Assembly (NCBI GenBank): GCA_963768425.1
Contig: CAVYHV010000006.1
Span: 160,001-224,000 of the forward strand
From: Candidatus Bathyarchaeota archaeon
GTDB taxonomy: Archaea > Thermoproteota > Bathyarchaeia > Bathyarchaeales > Bathycorpusculaceae
DNA length: 64,000 nt
Reading direction: 5' to 3'
The notes under the pieces were generated by a model. The model ran no database searches and was not told the DNA's origin. It saw only the letters and a program-made list of their open reading frames with translations. This document shows, piece after piece, positions 32,328 to 42,621 of this stretch. Positions within the stretch are counted from its first letter, which is position 1. Each line of letters starts with the position of its first letter. Position numbers and translations under genes: made by a program.

Positions 32328-32474
32328 ATCTTACCTACCTACCATACCACATAAAGAAATGATTATTTTTTAGCCAACACCCGTAGCTACTACATAGCAC
32401 CTAAACTTCCCGAAGGTAAAAGTGTGTGTGTGTGTGGATTAAATTTTAGTCCCATACGCACCGTCCGTTAATAG

Positions 32475-33329
32475 ATGCACCAAGTTTGGGGTCAGGTTCT
32501 CAAAAACTTACTTCTTTCAACTGTTTGTAGTCTATGTTACGTACATACTGTATTCAATGAAAACGTGCACTTCGATACTTGTAACAGAAAGGCAGTTAGA
32601 ATGGATAGGTTGACTATCGCTGGTTCGATATTCGTTATATTGCTAGCAGCAGCATTATGCATGGGACTGGCAGTTCTCGCAGAGAATTCACAACCACAAT
32701 TTACGGGACTACCAATTCAGGAGGCATTGCTAATAGAACCTAAAGCTATGACTAAAAATAACGGCCTCTACAACGTTTCTCTAACAATCAGTGCAATTGC
32801 CCCAGAAAGAATAAACAAACTTCAGCTCAACGAAAACATAACAGGCTTAACAACCTACGTAAATGGGACAACGGTAAACACGGCTAATCCTCTTCAAATC
32901 AAATTGAACGGCGGCGACTTAATTGAAGTTAACTTTACAATGCCTTGCGCGGAGTATTCTTCAGTAAATGACGTCACAGTATTTTCAACTAATGCTATGT
33001 ACTATACGGGAATGCCATTGTCGTTTCAGCCGTATCTTGTCACGGATTTAGGTTGGTACTTGCATAATAGCTCAGACCCCGTATCTAATATGACTAACAA
33101 GTTCACAGTTTATGGTGCCATAAATAATGACGGTGCGACAGATGCGCAAAATTGTAGTTTAATTATAAAGTTTTATGATAACGCAGAGTTGCTTCAAACT
33201 TCAAGTATCCCAATTGGGGACATTAAGGGATTCTTTGGTTGTGATGATTTGAAAACAAATGTCCCTTGCAGTGTTGCTGACTCCGTAACAAGAACAGAAG
33301 TCTCCATAATGGGAGATAATGTTTCGTAA
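32475..33329 (+). CDS. Secreted/membrane-anchored hypothetical protein
   Basis: TM/signal segment after probable start 32601; Asn/Thr-rich beta domains. Confidence 0.6.
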   Translation: MHQVWGQVLKNLLLSTVCSLCYVHTVFNENVHFDTCNRKAVRMDRLTIAGSIFVILLAAALCMGLAVLAENSQPQFTGLPIQEALLIEPKAMTKNNGLYNVSLTISAIAPERINKLQLNENITGLTTYVNGTTVNTANPLQIKLNGGDLIEVNFTMPCAEYSSVNDVTVFSTNAMYYTGMPLSFQPYLVTDLGWYLHNSSDPVSNMTNKFTVYGAINNDGATDAQNCSLIIKFYDNAELLQTSSIPIGDIKGFFGCDDLKTNVPCSVADSVTRTEVSIMGDNVS

Positions 33330-33338
33330 AGAGAGCGA

Positions 33339-34424
33339 TTGCATTTGAAATACAAACAACAAATTCACCGCGCGCACATATCTCGACTATTTACTAAGAA
33401 AACTGTGCCGTTAATAGCTTGCATCGTTGTTGTTCTTGCATCATTCGCGTTCATCATGCAACCTTCCAGTATACATCCCGGCCCGCCAAAAAACGGTTTC
33501 AGCATCATCCAAATTACAGACACACAGTACTTGCCTCAAAGTTACCCTACCCTCTATGACAATTTGACCCACTGGATAGTTGCGAACAGTAAGTTTTGGA
33601 ATGTCTCTATGGTTATCCACACTGGCGACATTGTGAACGTACCTGACGATAAGGTGCAGTGGCAGAATGCAAACGACGCCATGATGACGCTTTACAATGC
33701 TGGGATACCTTATTGTTGGTGTGCGGGTAACCATGATTTAGTGGGTGACTTGGTGGGTCGTGAGCCAAATAATTACACGTATCTTGGCAGCAATTATCCA
33801 GCGTTTAACGCTGATCATATGAGCGATAAATCTTATTGGGTTGACAGCATCTACCGTGGAACAAGCACTGCGGTAAAGTTCCGTTTTGGCAATATTCATT
33901 TTGCAGTTGTTGATGTGGCTTATAATGCGAATCAAACAGTGCTCGATTGGATGCAAAACATTATCCATACGAACCCAGACGTAAACGTGATTGTTGCTAC
34001 TCATAACTTCCTTAACGGCTACGCAAAATATGGTTCGCATTCTTCCAACAGCAACCAGTATCATAACAGCACTGTTGACCAAACATGGGCTACAAACTTT
34101 CAAAGAATTATTAGCAGTGACTCTAACGTGTTTATGACGCTTAATGGCCATGATGCGGGGACTGGCGTGTCAGCGTGTCTCTCGCAGGAGTATGGGCAGA
34201 CAGAAATTTTCTTTAATTGCCAAGAACTCTACAATCAGCAAGGATCTGTATTTGCTCGGATATACACTTTTAATATGGCTAACTCGGAGTTCCCAAAGGT
34301 CAACGTGAACACGGTTGCCTGCGCCAACATAGCCAACTCGTCAATCCACTACGGCGAATACATGTCTTCTGTCGGGGAAGAATCAGCGCGATTCAGTTTT
34401 CATCCTTATTTGTTGAAGGCTTAA
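33339..34424 (+). CDS. Calcineurin-like metallophosphoesterase, membrane-anchored
   Basis: ITDTQY, HTGDIV, GNHD, ATH, NGH motifs. Confidence 0.85.
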   Translation: MHLKYKQQIHRAHISRLFTKKTVPLIACIVVVLASFAFIMQPSSIHPGPPKNGFSIIQITDTQYLPQSYPTLYDNLTHWIVANSKFWNVSMVIHTGDIVNVPDDKVQWQNANDAMMTLYNAGIPYCWCAGNHDLVGDLVGREPNNYTYLGSNYPAFNADHMSDKSYWVDSIYRGTSTAVKFRFGNIHFAVVDVAYNANQTVLDWMQNIIHTNPDVNVIVATHNFLNGYAKYGSHSSNSNQYHNSTVDQTWATNFQRIISSDSNVFMTLNGHDAGTGVSACLSQEYGQTEIFFNCQELYNQQGSVFARIYTFNMANSEFPKVNVNTVACANIANSSIHYGEYMSSVGEESARFSFHPYLLKA

Positions 34425-34486
34425 AAGTGGAAGTGACCACCTGTTCGTCTACTTGAAATCAAGGCGAGTTAGTACGCGCTCCCAGC

Positions 34487-35920
34487 TTACCCTGTGTAAT
34501 TTAATACGTAGATGCTCAGAGGCGATTGACCAAAAGTTTGCTCAGGTGTTATGGATGTGAAATTGTTTGAGCTATACAGTTGGGCGTAGATATCCATCAA
34601 GGTGACCGTTGAGTTAAAATAGTCCAAATGGTTCCCGCCAAGTTCTGTTGTAAAGAGAAATTGCACGTTGTCCTCCTCGCAACGGCTAACAAGAACCGTG
34701 ATGTTGAAGAAGGGATCTATGGTTCTTGACCAAGGATAAGTGTACAATTTTATTTGAGATCCTCCGTCTTTGAGAAGGTAAAATTCTATTATGCCAAAGC
34801 TGAAGTAGTTGTCAGGACAAAGCACCATTATCGATTGGTTCGAGCTGTCATGGGCTATTGCATATTTAACAGCTTGTTCTAAGTCAAAAGATGCTTTTTC
34901 AGAGTTTATCCAGTAAATGGTGTCATTTACACTGTAGAACATAGATAGGAGAGTAAAGGCGATCAATATTGAAGCTCTAATTTTACTTAGAGTTTTTCTG
35001 TTGAGGCTCCGCAGTTCTGTATATGTAACTGTTACAAAAACCGCCGCTGCAATTGCTAAAACTGGGAACAAAGGCAGAACGTATCGCCAATTTTTATGGT
35101 TAATTAATGTGTAAAAAACATAAACTGTAATGAACCATATCAGAAGAAGTTTGTCAGCTTTTTGTCGCCTAATAGCAAATACTCCTAAACCGAGAAAGCC
35201 AAAGATATACATTAGAAGGGAAATGGGGTGAATGGTGGGGTATATGCTGTTCATTTCAGTCAGATAGTATAATGGTGTGTTGGTTTGGCTTCCTGTAGTG
35301 TTCATTTCAATATTGTTTAGCCACATTGCTATGTACGACTGAAGGCTGTAGATGAGATAGGCTGCTGCTGCTAACAGCGCCGCGATTATTGCAATGTAGA
35401 GTTTTCTTGAAAAAGGTCTTTTGAGCTCACTTTTACAGAAAATCAAAGTTGCAGAAAGCATTACAAGCATAGCTACGACAATTTGGTACTTGGCTAAGAA
35501 ACCAACGATTAAAGTTAGCGCTACAAAGATCAACATTCTGTCTTTATGGGTTTGTAGCCAGAGGTAAAACAAGAAGATCGAAAGGACAAAAAAGAATGAT
35601 GCCATTATGTCTAACATGGCAATGTGAGAAGCTTCAAAGTAACCAGGCATTAGGCTTAAAAAAATTGAGCCTAACAACGCGGTTTTGCCGTCATAGACTT
35701 TGTAAGTGAATTCAAATCCTACCCAAAGAAGTAGAACGGAGAAGAGGGCATCGATTATTCTGGCGGAAACAACGCTTACACCAAAAATGTTGTAGGACAA
35801 ATAGGTTAGGGCGTCATAAAGCGGTGGATAAAACAGGTTTCCGGAAAATTGCTTGTACATTCCAAGTTTGAGGAAAAGCCCGTTGTCAAGATGGGCAGCT
35901 TCATCCCATTGGATAGGCAT
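34487..35920 (-). CDS. GT-C glycosyltransferase (GT39/ArnT-PMT-like)
   Basis: WDEAAH, YPPLY, RYVLP, many TM helices; frame stays open ~90 nt upstream of the listed ATG. Confidence 0.85.
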   Translation of the reverse strand: MPIQWDEAAHLDNGLFLKLGMYKQFSGNLFYPPLYDALTYLSYNIFGVSVVSARIIDALFSVLLLWVGFEFTYKVYDGKTALLGSIFLSLMPGYFEASHIAMLDIMASFFFVLSIFLFYLWLQTHKDRMLIFVALTLIVGFLAKYQIVVAMLVMLSATLIFCKSELKRPFSRKLYIAIIAALLAAAAYLIYSLQSYIAMWLNNIEMNTTGSQTNTPLYYLTEMNSIYPTIHPISLLMYIFGFLGLGVFAIRRQKADKLLLIWFITVYVFYTLINHKNWRYVLPLFPVLAIAAAVFVTVTYTELRSLNRKTLSKIRASILIAFTLLSMFYSVNDTIYWINSEKASFDLEQAVKYAIAHDSSNQSIMVLCPDNYFSFGIIEFYLLKDGGSQIKLYTYPWSRTIDPFFNITVLVSRCEEDNVQFLFTTELGGNHLDYFNSTVTLMDIYAQLYSSNNFTSITPEQTFGQSPLSIYVLNYTG

Positions 35921-36287
35921 GTTTGAAAGGTTCAGGATTAGAAAGCCAACAAGAATGCTGAGGTAACAAATAGCAAAAACTAAGAAGGCTAATCTAAAGT
36001 TACAGCTGCCTTTTCAAAGGCTACATACCTCCCTTTTCTTGTACGTGCTGTGAAAGCGAGCGCGCTTTTTCTTTTCCATACGAGAATACGGTCCCAGCGC
36101 CAATCCAGAGTAAAATAGCGATTACGGGTGCAAGTGGATCTAACGAATAGTACCCAAGTAGGTTTGGTTTGATTGTTTGATGCAGCAATCATTACGCAGC
36201 CAAGTTCTGGGCGATGATCCCTGTTATAATTAACGTAGAGCATAGATTTAAAGGCAAAATTATTGTACGTTATGTTGGTGATAGAAA

Positions 36288-36476
36288 ATGTCTTCAGAGG
36301 GAGAGGAAACCGAGTTTATTCAAGCGGAGAATGCTTTGGAAGAATTTGTCAAGATACTTGTTCAGGAATATCCATTGGTATTCAAGGAAGGGTCAGGCGC
36401 TATAAAGATTCGTTCTTCAATCAAAAAACATATCTTCCCGTACGAAGTCTCACTAAAAATAAGGAAAAAGAAATAA
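36288..36476 (+). CDS. Small hypothetical protein
   Basis: GGTGAT SD before ATG; 62 aa. Confidence 0.5.
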   Translation: MSSEGEETEFIQAENALEEFVKILVQEYPLVFKEGSGAIKIRSSIKKHIFPYEVSLKIRKKK

Positions 36477-36551
36477 AGCAAGTTTACCTCTAAGGTTTTT
36501 GGTAAACTTACCCCCCAGTTATGTTAAGCCAATCCCATTGAAGGTTAAATC

Positions 36552-36986
36552 ATGATCTCAGATAATTCCAATAAAACAGGGACGAAACTTTCCAGAAGCG
36601 TCATTATCCTGGTCATAGTAATGATTGTAAATGTCGTGATAATCATTCTCTTAACTCCAATCGGCTTTGAGACCCGCCCGCAATCCCACTTGAAACCACT
36701 TGGCTACATTGCGATTACAGCAATTTTTGTAGGTCTCGCACTGGACCTGGCGACAATCGGTCTTCTCTTCAAGAAAGTTAGGGTCAGATTAGCTTCAACT
36801 CTGGCGATCGTCAGCTCGGTCCTCTTCTTCCTGATCATTGCAGTAGATCGAACCGGCTCCTTCTTCTCGGTGCCGATCCCTCCTGCAATTACCACCCTTG
36901 AAACCCTCCTCATTGCTGTGCTAATTGTGACTCTATTTATTGCGTCAATCGTTTACAGAGGCAGTAAGCCTGCTTCAAGCAGATGA
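36552..36986 (+). CDS. Four-TM membrane protein
   Basis: Four hydrophobic segments; LTPIGFETRP motif. Confidence 0.65.
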   Translation: MISDNSNKTGTKLSRSVIILVIVMIVNVVIIILLTPIGFETRPQSHLKPLGYIAITAIFVGLALDLATIGLLFKKVRVRLASTLAIVSSVLFFLIIAVDRTGSFFSVPIPPAITTLETLLIAVLIVTLFIASIVYRGSKPASSR

Positions 36987-37082
36987 ATTCAGAATTTGCG
37001 TTCGAGGTGTTGAAGACTTGGTAATGTGACCTAAACTTAATTGATGAACGCATCAAAAGTAGAGTACTGTCAAAAGATGGGT

Positions 37083-37541
37083 TTAGGGGAAGCCTGTAAT
37101 TAGGTCGTATAAGTAGGCGTCCCATTCCGCTGCTTCTTTCTTTAGGATCCCCAGTAAATCCGTTAAGAATCTGTGATGTTTCTTCTCATCTTCCAAGATA
37201 TTTAAAATAAGTTGCTTGATCTTCTTGTCTTTTACAACTTGGCTGATGTCTTTTGCTTGCTTCAACATTTTAGCTTCCTCTGCAATGTGACTTGTAATCT
37301 CTTTTTGCCCGATTTCTTGGCTTTCCTTGCCCATAACCGCCGTTGAATTCAAGTCTATAAGCATCTGATAAGTGTCTGAGTGCCTCATCGTATCCAAGAT
37401 AATGCTGTGAATAAACAGCTTAATAACGGGGTTTTGTGCCGATTCATACAATGGCGTAAGCTTTTTAGCAGTTTGGTCTTCAAAGTCTTTCTGTTTCTTG
37501 ATTTTGTTAAGAGCATCCTCATCTAGAATTTCCCAAGACAA
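37083..37541 (-). CDS. Ferritin-like (rubrerythrin-type) four-helix protein
   Basis: E...D..RH and EE...DEKKHH diiron-type motifs. Confidence 0.75.
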   Translation of the reverse strand: MSWEILDEDALNKIKKQKDFEDQTAKKLTPLYESAQNPVIKLFIHSIILDTMRHSDTYQMLIDLNSTAVMGKESQEIGQKEITSHIAEEAKMLKQAKDISQVVKDKKIKQLILNILEDEKKHHRFLTDLLGILKKEAAEWDAYLYDLITGFP

Positions 37542-37624
37542 AACAAACTACCTCACTATTTCTTCAGCGCAATTCCTATTTAACTCTTTAAAAAACTCAG
37601 TTCCGAAGCGATTTTATTTCTTGC

Positions 37625-37890
37625 CTACATGACTTTGGTGACTTCAACTATTGAGTCAGCGGGGAAGTTAATCTTCTGAAGCGCCGCTTCCAGAACCTCT
37701 TTGGATGGGGCTTCAAACTCGATAAGGGCTTTTTCCACTTCAGCGTTCAACTCAGGAGCACAACAATAGCAGGTTTTCAAATGGACATCTTTAATGCCTG
37801 TTCTCTCAAAGACGTCGGTTGTACCTATAATGCAGGTAAGCCTGTTAAGTTCGATTTGAGGTACCTTCGAGTTAACTATAAAGCGCTTCA
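37625..37890 (-). CDS. Small hypothetical ferredoxin-fold-like protein
   Basis: Probable GTG start (VKRFIV), CYCC, EFEAPSKE. Confidence 0.5.
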
Positions 37891-38044
37891 CGATTCGAGT
37901 CTCCCAACTAAACAAAACCAAAAGTATCATATAAGTTATGTGCAAACACGGTAGCTAATTTCGCATTTCTCAAAAGACCTTTAGTTCTAATGATTATCTT
38001 CTTCATGTTTATATTATAGTTTTAAGCTATAATATTATAGCCTA

Positions 38045-39136
38045 ATGGTATATGAGGAAAAAGTGATGGAAAAAATGATAGAAACACCCATTCACCGGAT
38101 TTTAGATACAATCTCATCTCATTTAGGCGAGCCTTTGTCAATCAACCAACTAACCGAAAAAATTAAAGAAAAATATGGTGCTGCGTATTATTCAAATATC
38201 TATAAACAAATCAAAGAATTAGAAAACAAAGGATTACTAACAACCGCTACCTGTGGAAAATCAAGCATAGTTAAGCCCAATTTCGATAATGAGCTAATAA
38301 TAGAATTATTTGCCCAAATGGAAATCGAAAACAAAATTAATTTTCTAAAAGATAAGAAAGAATTATTAATTGTCCTATCAAGCATGACTAAATCTCTCGA
38401 CGATATTTGCTCAATAAAGTCAATAACCTCAATAAATCCTGAAAAGAATTCTGAGCTCAATAGGCTGGAACTACTCTTTCTTTTAAGAAAAATGATTGAC
38501 TATAAAGATGTCACATTCGAGCTCTATACGAAAATGAGAGAATTACAGGACCGATACAACTTGAAGATAGATAGCCTTATTCTAAACGAAGATGATTTTT
38601 CTTCCTTGATAAGATCAAATGAAATAAATCCCTTAAGAGAAGCTTTTGCCAAAGAGATAACCATCTTCTGTCCTCAGGCATTCTGGTGTAAAATTAAGGA
38701 GATCTCTGAAGAATCCGAAATCAAGACAATAGAGATAGAGACAAAACCTAACCACATTTCAGAAACAGATCTAATTTACAATCTTAATCGATTTGGCTAC
38801 AAAGAATTCGGCAACAAGATATCTCAAGCTAACAAGTACTGCATTGAATATATAATCACAAGTTTACTACTTTCAAATGATGCAAGAAGATTAGAGGCCA
38901 TCCCAATAATTCTCGCAAAAAATAACTTTCGCAGTAATCTATTGGCATTTCTTTGCCAAAAGTATAGGATTACAGGCAAACTCTTGGGACTGCTAAAAAG
39001 TCTCCAAAACATTAAACCAAACGATAAAATTAGGGACACAATTAGTCTCTTAGAGATTTTCAAAGAGGGGCAAGAAACACCAGCTGATGAAGAGAGCATA
39101 AGGCGAAATATGAGGCTATATAATGCCATTAGATAA
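38045..39136 (+). CDS. Winged-HTH protein with extra domains, cognate to downstream NTase
   Basis: ILD......PLSINQL......YSNIYKQIKELENKGLL wHTH; overlaps next gene. Confidence 0.7.
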   Translation: MVYEEKVMEKMIETPIHRILDTISSHLGEPLSINQLTEKIKEKYGAAYYSNIYKQIKELENKGLLTTATCGKSSIVKPNFDNELIIELFAQMEIENKINFLKDKKELLIVLSSMTKSLDDICSIKSITSINPEKNSELNRLELLFLLRKMIDYKDVTFELYTKMRELQDRYNLKIDSLILNEDDFSSLIRSNEINPLREAFAKEITIFCPQAFWCKIKEISEESEIKTIEIETKPNHISETDLIYNLNRFGYKEFGNKISQANKYCIEYIITSLLLSNDARRLEAIPIILAKNNFRSNLLAFLCQKYRITGKLLGLLKSLQNIKPNDKIRDTISLLEIFKEGQETPADEESIRRNMRLYNAIR

Positions 39137-39635
39137 AGCCGTATTATTTAACCTCTTGAAGAACTTTGACGAGGAAGCAAAAGAAAAGATTACCCTTGTT
39201 GCAGTTGGCGGCACGGCGATGACACTCCTCGACATCAAAGTATCAACTTTAGATATTGACTTCACTGTTCCCAGCGGTGATAAAACTGAATTTGACAGAG
39301 TTCGAAACTTAGTGCCTCATGGATTCAAAATAGATGTTTACGTAGATGGATCGGTATTCTGCAATACCTTACCGGATGACTATTTAGATAGAAGCAGGGA
39401 AATAAGAAACTTCACCAAAATCTTTCTAAGGGCTCTTCATCCCGTAGACATAATTGTGACAAAAATAGGCAGACTAAACGATCGAGATGTTCAAGATATC
39501 CAAGCGTGCATAAGCAGTTGCAATATTAAGAAGGAGGAAATAGCGGCAAGAGCAGCCAAAATCATTTACGTTGGCAGAGAAGAAGACTATAAGTACAATC
39601 TTCAATGGGTCATAGCAAATCTCTATTCTCATTAG
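39123..39635 (+). CDS. DUF6036/AbiEii-like nucleotidyltransferase
   Basis: VGGTAM...K.STLDIDF, DIIVTKIGR...RDVQDI. Confidence 0.8.
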   Translation: MPLDKAVLFNLLKNFDEEAKEKITLVAVGGTAMTLLDIKVSTLDIDFTVPSGDKTEFDRVRNLVPHGFKIDVYVDGSVFCNTLPDDYLDRSREIRNFTKIFLRALHPVDIIVTKIGRLNDRDVQDIQACISSCNIKKEEIAARAAKIIYVGREEDYKYNLQWVIANLYSH

Positions 39636-39779
39636 TTAGTCAAAGGACAATAAAGCCAAAACCTGAAAACATCAGGCCAAACTGATCACTTTTCACTCAA
39701 TGACGTTGGCACAACTAGATGTTTTCTGGTCCGAACGCTTGACGCAAATCTTAATATTTCTAGCTGACTTTAAGGGGGG

Positions 39780-40028
39780 TTGGCGGCAGTAAGGATGATT
39801 GGAGATTGGCAAGAGAGAATTGTAGTTGATCCAAAAGTCTTAGTTGGAAAGCCGGTTATTAAAGGCACTCGGCTTTCGGTTGAGTTTATTTTGGATCTTC
39901 TTGCTAACGATTGGACAATTAAGCAGATACTGGATGAATATCCCCAGTTGGAGCGAGAAGACGTAATGGCAGTTTTGAAGTATGCCGCTGAAATGGTTAA
40001 GGAAGAGAAGGTATATCCATTACCCTAA
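39780..40028 (+). CDS. DUF433 antitoxin
   Basis: RIVVDPKVLVGKPVIKGTRLSVEFIL...YPQL..EDV.A.L.YA. Confidence 0.9.
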   Translation: MAAVRMIGDWQERIVVDPKVLVGKPVIKGTRLSVEFILDLLANDWTIKQILDEYPQLEREDVMAVLKYAAEMVKEEKVYPLP

Positions 40029-40177
40029 AGTTCTTTGCCGACGAAAACATCTCTGGCAAAGTGGTTAGTGCCCTTAAAAACAAGTGGGTTAAGGGCATAT
40101 CAAGCGAAAAAACCAAAAAATACGCTGTCAACTATCCCAAAACCGTTCAGGAAATAGCTGATGCGATAGTCAACTGA
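40025..40177 (+). pseudogene. Truncated DUF5615 PIN-like toxin remnant
   Basis: Hand translation LKFFADENISGKVVSALK then unrelated sequence and a stop. Confidence 0.6.
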
Positions 40178-40310
40178 GCTGAGAAACAAAGCAGAAGCCT
40201 AATTGTGCAATATTTGTTTCTTAAAGTCTTAACGATTTTTCTCATAATGCTAAGATAAAAAGAAAAAATTATAATACTTAATCAGCGAATGATAGTATGG
40301 TTGAACTAAT

Positions 40311-41525
40311 TTGGAACGGGGCATAGAAGCGTTTGTTTCAAGGCAACTAATCAAAGCCTTTGGCGAGCATAAGCTCGTTACCACAGATGAACAGCTACCT
40401 GGCAGAATTAGAGTTGATTTTCATTTCAAGGATAAGGCTGGCATAGATGTCTTTGTGGAAGTGACGATGAACAAAATAGGCCGCGGCAGCCTAAGCAAAA
40501 TTCTAAACCTGTATTCCGCCCTGTCTAACTTAGAGCCGCCACTTGAAAAGTTTGAGTTAATAGTCGTTGGTCCTGAATTTGAAGCGTCAGCCATGAAGTC
40601 GCTTGGCGGATTGCCTATTCGTTTGGTTACTTTTGAAGACCTTGGAATAACTCGAGCTGAACTTGAAGCGGTTAGAGAGGAGCAGAACCAGTTTCAAGAT
40701 AGGCGACTCTCTCCAGAGGAAGCCAAGTTGGCGGCAATGTGGGAGTCAGAGAAGAAGACTGTAATCCGAGCGAAGGATGTTCAGGATGCTTTGCGTTGTT
40801 CTTCTGGTTATGCTTACGTTTTGCTTCATAATCTTGAGCGAAAACATTGGCTTGAGCGGATAAGCACTGGCCTTTATCAGTTTGTTCCAGCGGCTTATGG
40901 TTACCCTGAAAAGATTCCTCCTGCTAACTCTTTTGCTGTAGGAGCTGCTTTGGTTGAGCCCTATTATTTCAGCTATTACACGGCTAACAGTCATTATGGA
41001 TTTACTACTCAGATGCCGTTCACTCTGTTTGTTGCTACTACAAAGAAAAAGCCAAAGGTTGAGTGGCAAAGCGTCGCTTTCAAGTTTGTAACTTTATCCA
41101 AACGTAAGTTCTTTGGCTACCGTTTTGAAAGGGCGTTTGACGCTAAGGTTTGTATGGCTGAGCCTGAGAAGGCTATTGTTGATTCTTTTGATAAGCCACA
41201 TTATGCGGGTGGGGTTGAGCAGTTGGCAAGGATTACTTGGCGGGGTTTGGCAAAGGTTGATGAGGGCAAGTTGGTGGATTATGCTGTCAGGATGGAATCG
41301 TATGCTTTGGTTCAGAGGCTTGGTTTTGTTGTCGATTCTCTCTCAAAAGAGGGTTTGGTTCAACCGTTAGCTTCTGATCATAGAGGCTTGTTGCTTAGGC
41401 ATGTGGGAAACACTCCGATTTATCTTGATTCCCGAAGGCTAAAGACAGGCTCGTTTTCTAATGACTGGAGAGTCATCGATAACATGCCAAGAGAACAGTT
41501 ACTCAGCGAGATTGAGGTAAGGTGA
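40311..41525 (+). CDS. Type IV TA antitoxin AbiEi-like with N-terminal PD-(D/E)xK-like domain
   Basis: L..LERKHWLERISTGLY wHTH, YFSYYTA...YG.T.Q, EPEKAIVD, QRLGF. Confidence 0.8.
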   Translation: MERGIEAFVSRQLIKAFGEHKLVTTDEQLPGRIRVDFHFKDKAGIDVFVEVTMNKIGRGSLSKILNLYSALSNLEPPLEKFELIVVGPEFEASAMKSLGGLPIRLVTFEDLGITRAELEAVREEQNQFQDRRLSPEEAKLAAMWESEKKTVIRAKDVQDALRCSSGYAYVLLHNLERKHWLERISTGLYQFVPAAYGYPEKIPPANSFAVGAALVEPYYFSYYTANSHYGFTTQMPFTLFVATTKKKPKVEWQSVAFKFVTLSKRKFFGYRFERAFDAKVCMAEPEKAIVDSFDKPHYAGGVEQLARITWRGLAKVDEGKLVDYAVRMESYALVQRLGFVVDSLSKEGLVQPLASDHRGLLLRHVGNTPIYLDSRRLKTGSFSNDWRVIDNMPREQLLSEIEVR

Positions 41526-41532
41526 GAAGAAA

Positions 41533-42436
41533 ATGCTGGACAAAAAATATGTGACATTTTATGCTCGTTTCTAGTAGAGTCCCCTTGGATGTGGCAGAAC
41601 GCGATATAGTCCTAACCTATGTCTTAAAAGTTTTATCTGACGATATTTTACAAAAGTTGGCGTTTAAGGGTGGTACGTGCTTAAAGAAAATACATTTTGG
41701 AAGTACCGGTAGATTCTCGGAGGACCTTGACTTTACAAGTCAAAGCATTTCCTTAGATGACCTTCAATCTGACCTTAAGAAACTGCTGGACAAGCGCAGC
41801 TATTTCGGCATAGAATTCAAGATTTCAGAGGAGAATGTTCGGAAAGGAGCAGAGGCGTGCGAGCAATCCTACATAGCGGTTATAGGCTATTCTCATGCTT
41901 GGAACACTGCAAAATTCATGTTTGAAGTAAGTTTCCGTGAAAAACCGCTGTTACCTCTTGATGCGTTGCCTTTGTTGGATGAGATGTATTTTAAGTACAC
42001 TGAATTTCCTCGGTTTCCTGTGGTGTGCCTTCAAAAAGAGGAGTTATTGGCAGAGAAGTTGCGGGCTGCATATCAGAGGTTCCGACCCCGCGATTTGTAC
42101 GACCTATACCTGTTTGCAGATAGACACTTTGACAAACACAAAGTACAAAAACTTGCTGTTATCAAATGCTGGAGTGTTAGAGAACCCTTCAGACCAAAAG
42201 ATCTCCTCAATAACATATCAGGGACTAAATATGACTGGAATGATCTTGAACGCTTAGTAAGAAGAGGAGACTCACCTTCCCAAGAAAAGGTTATTGAAAA
42301 AGTTCTCAAGTCATACGCGTTTCTGGAAGAAATGGATAGCACACTTGTCAAGATAATCGATGACTCCAAAGCTCATAAAGAAAAGAAATTAGTAGCGAAT
42401 GTCTTAGAAGCACTAAAACATAACTCTCTGAGTTAA
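41533..42436 (+). CDS. Type IV TA toxin AbiEii nucleotidyltransferase (frameshift near 41570)
   Basis: AFKGGTCLKK, RFSEDLDF, AEKLRA, RPRDLYDL. Confidence 0.9.
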
Positions 42437-42621
42437 TTGAAAAAACAATTTTTCATCTGGTGTCTCATGCCGGTGTAACGCGGACGTTGCCACTTGCCAT
42501 AAGAGTAATTGCCGAAGAAACGTAAATTTACTTTGTCTCTTTCAGTAAAACCCTGAAACCTTGCTCCGCTTCTGATCGGTTAGGCAAGTTTTGGCGCCTG
42601 CGACAGAGTGGAATTTTGGAA

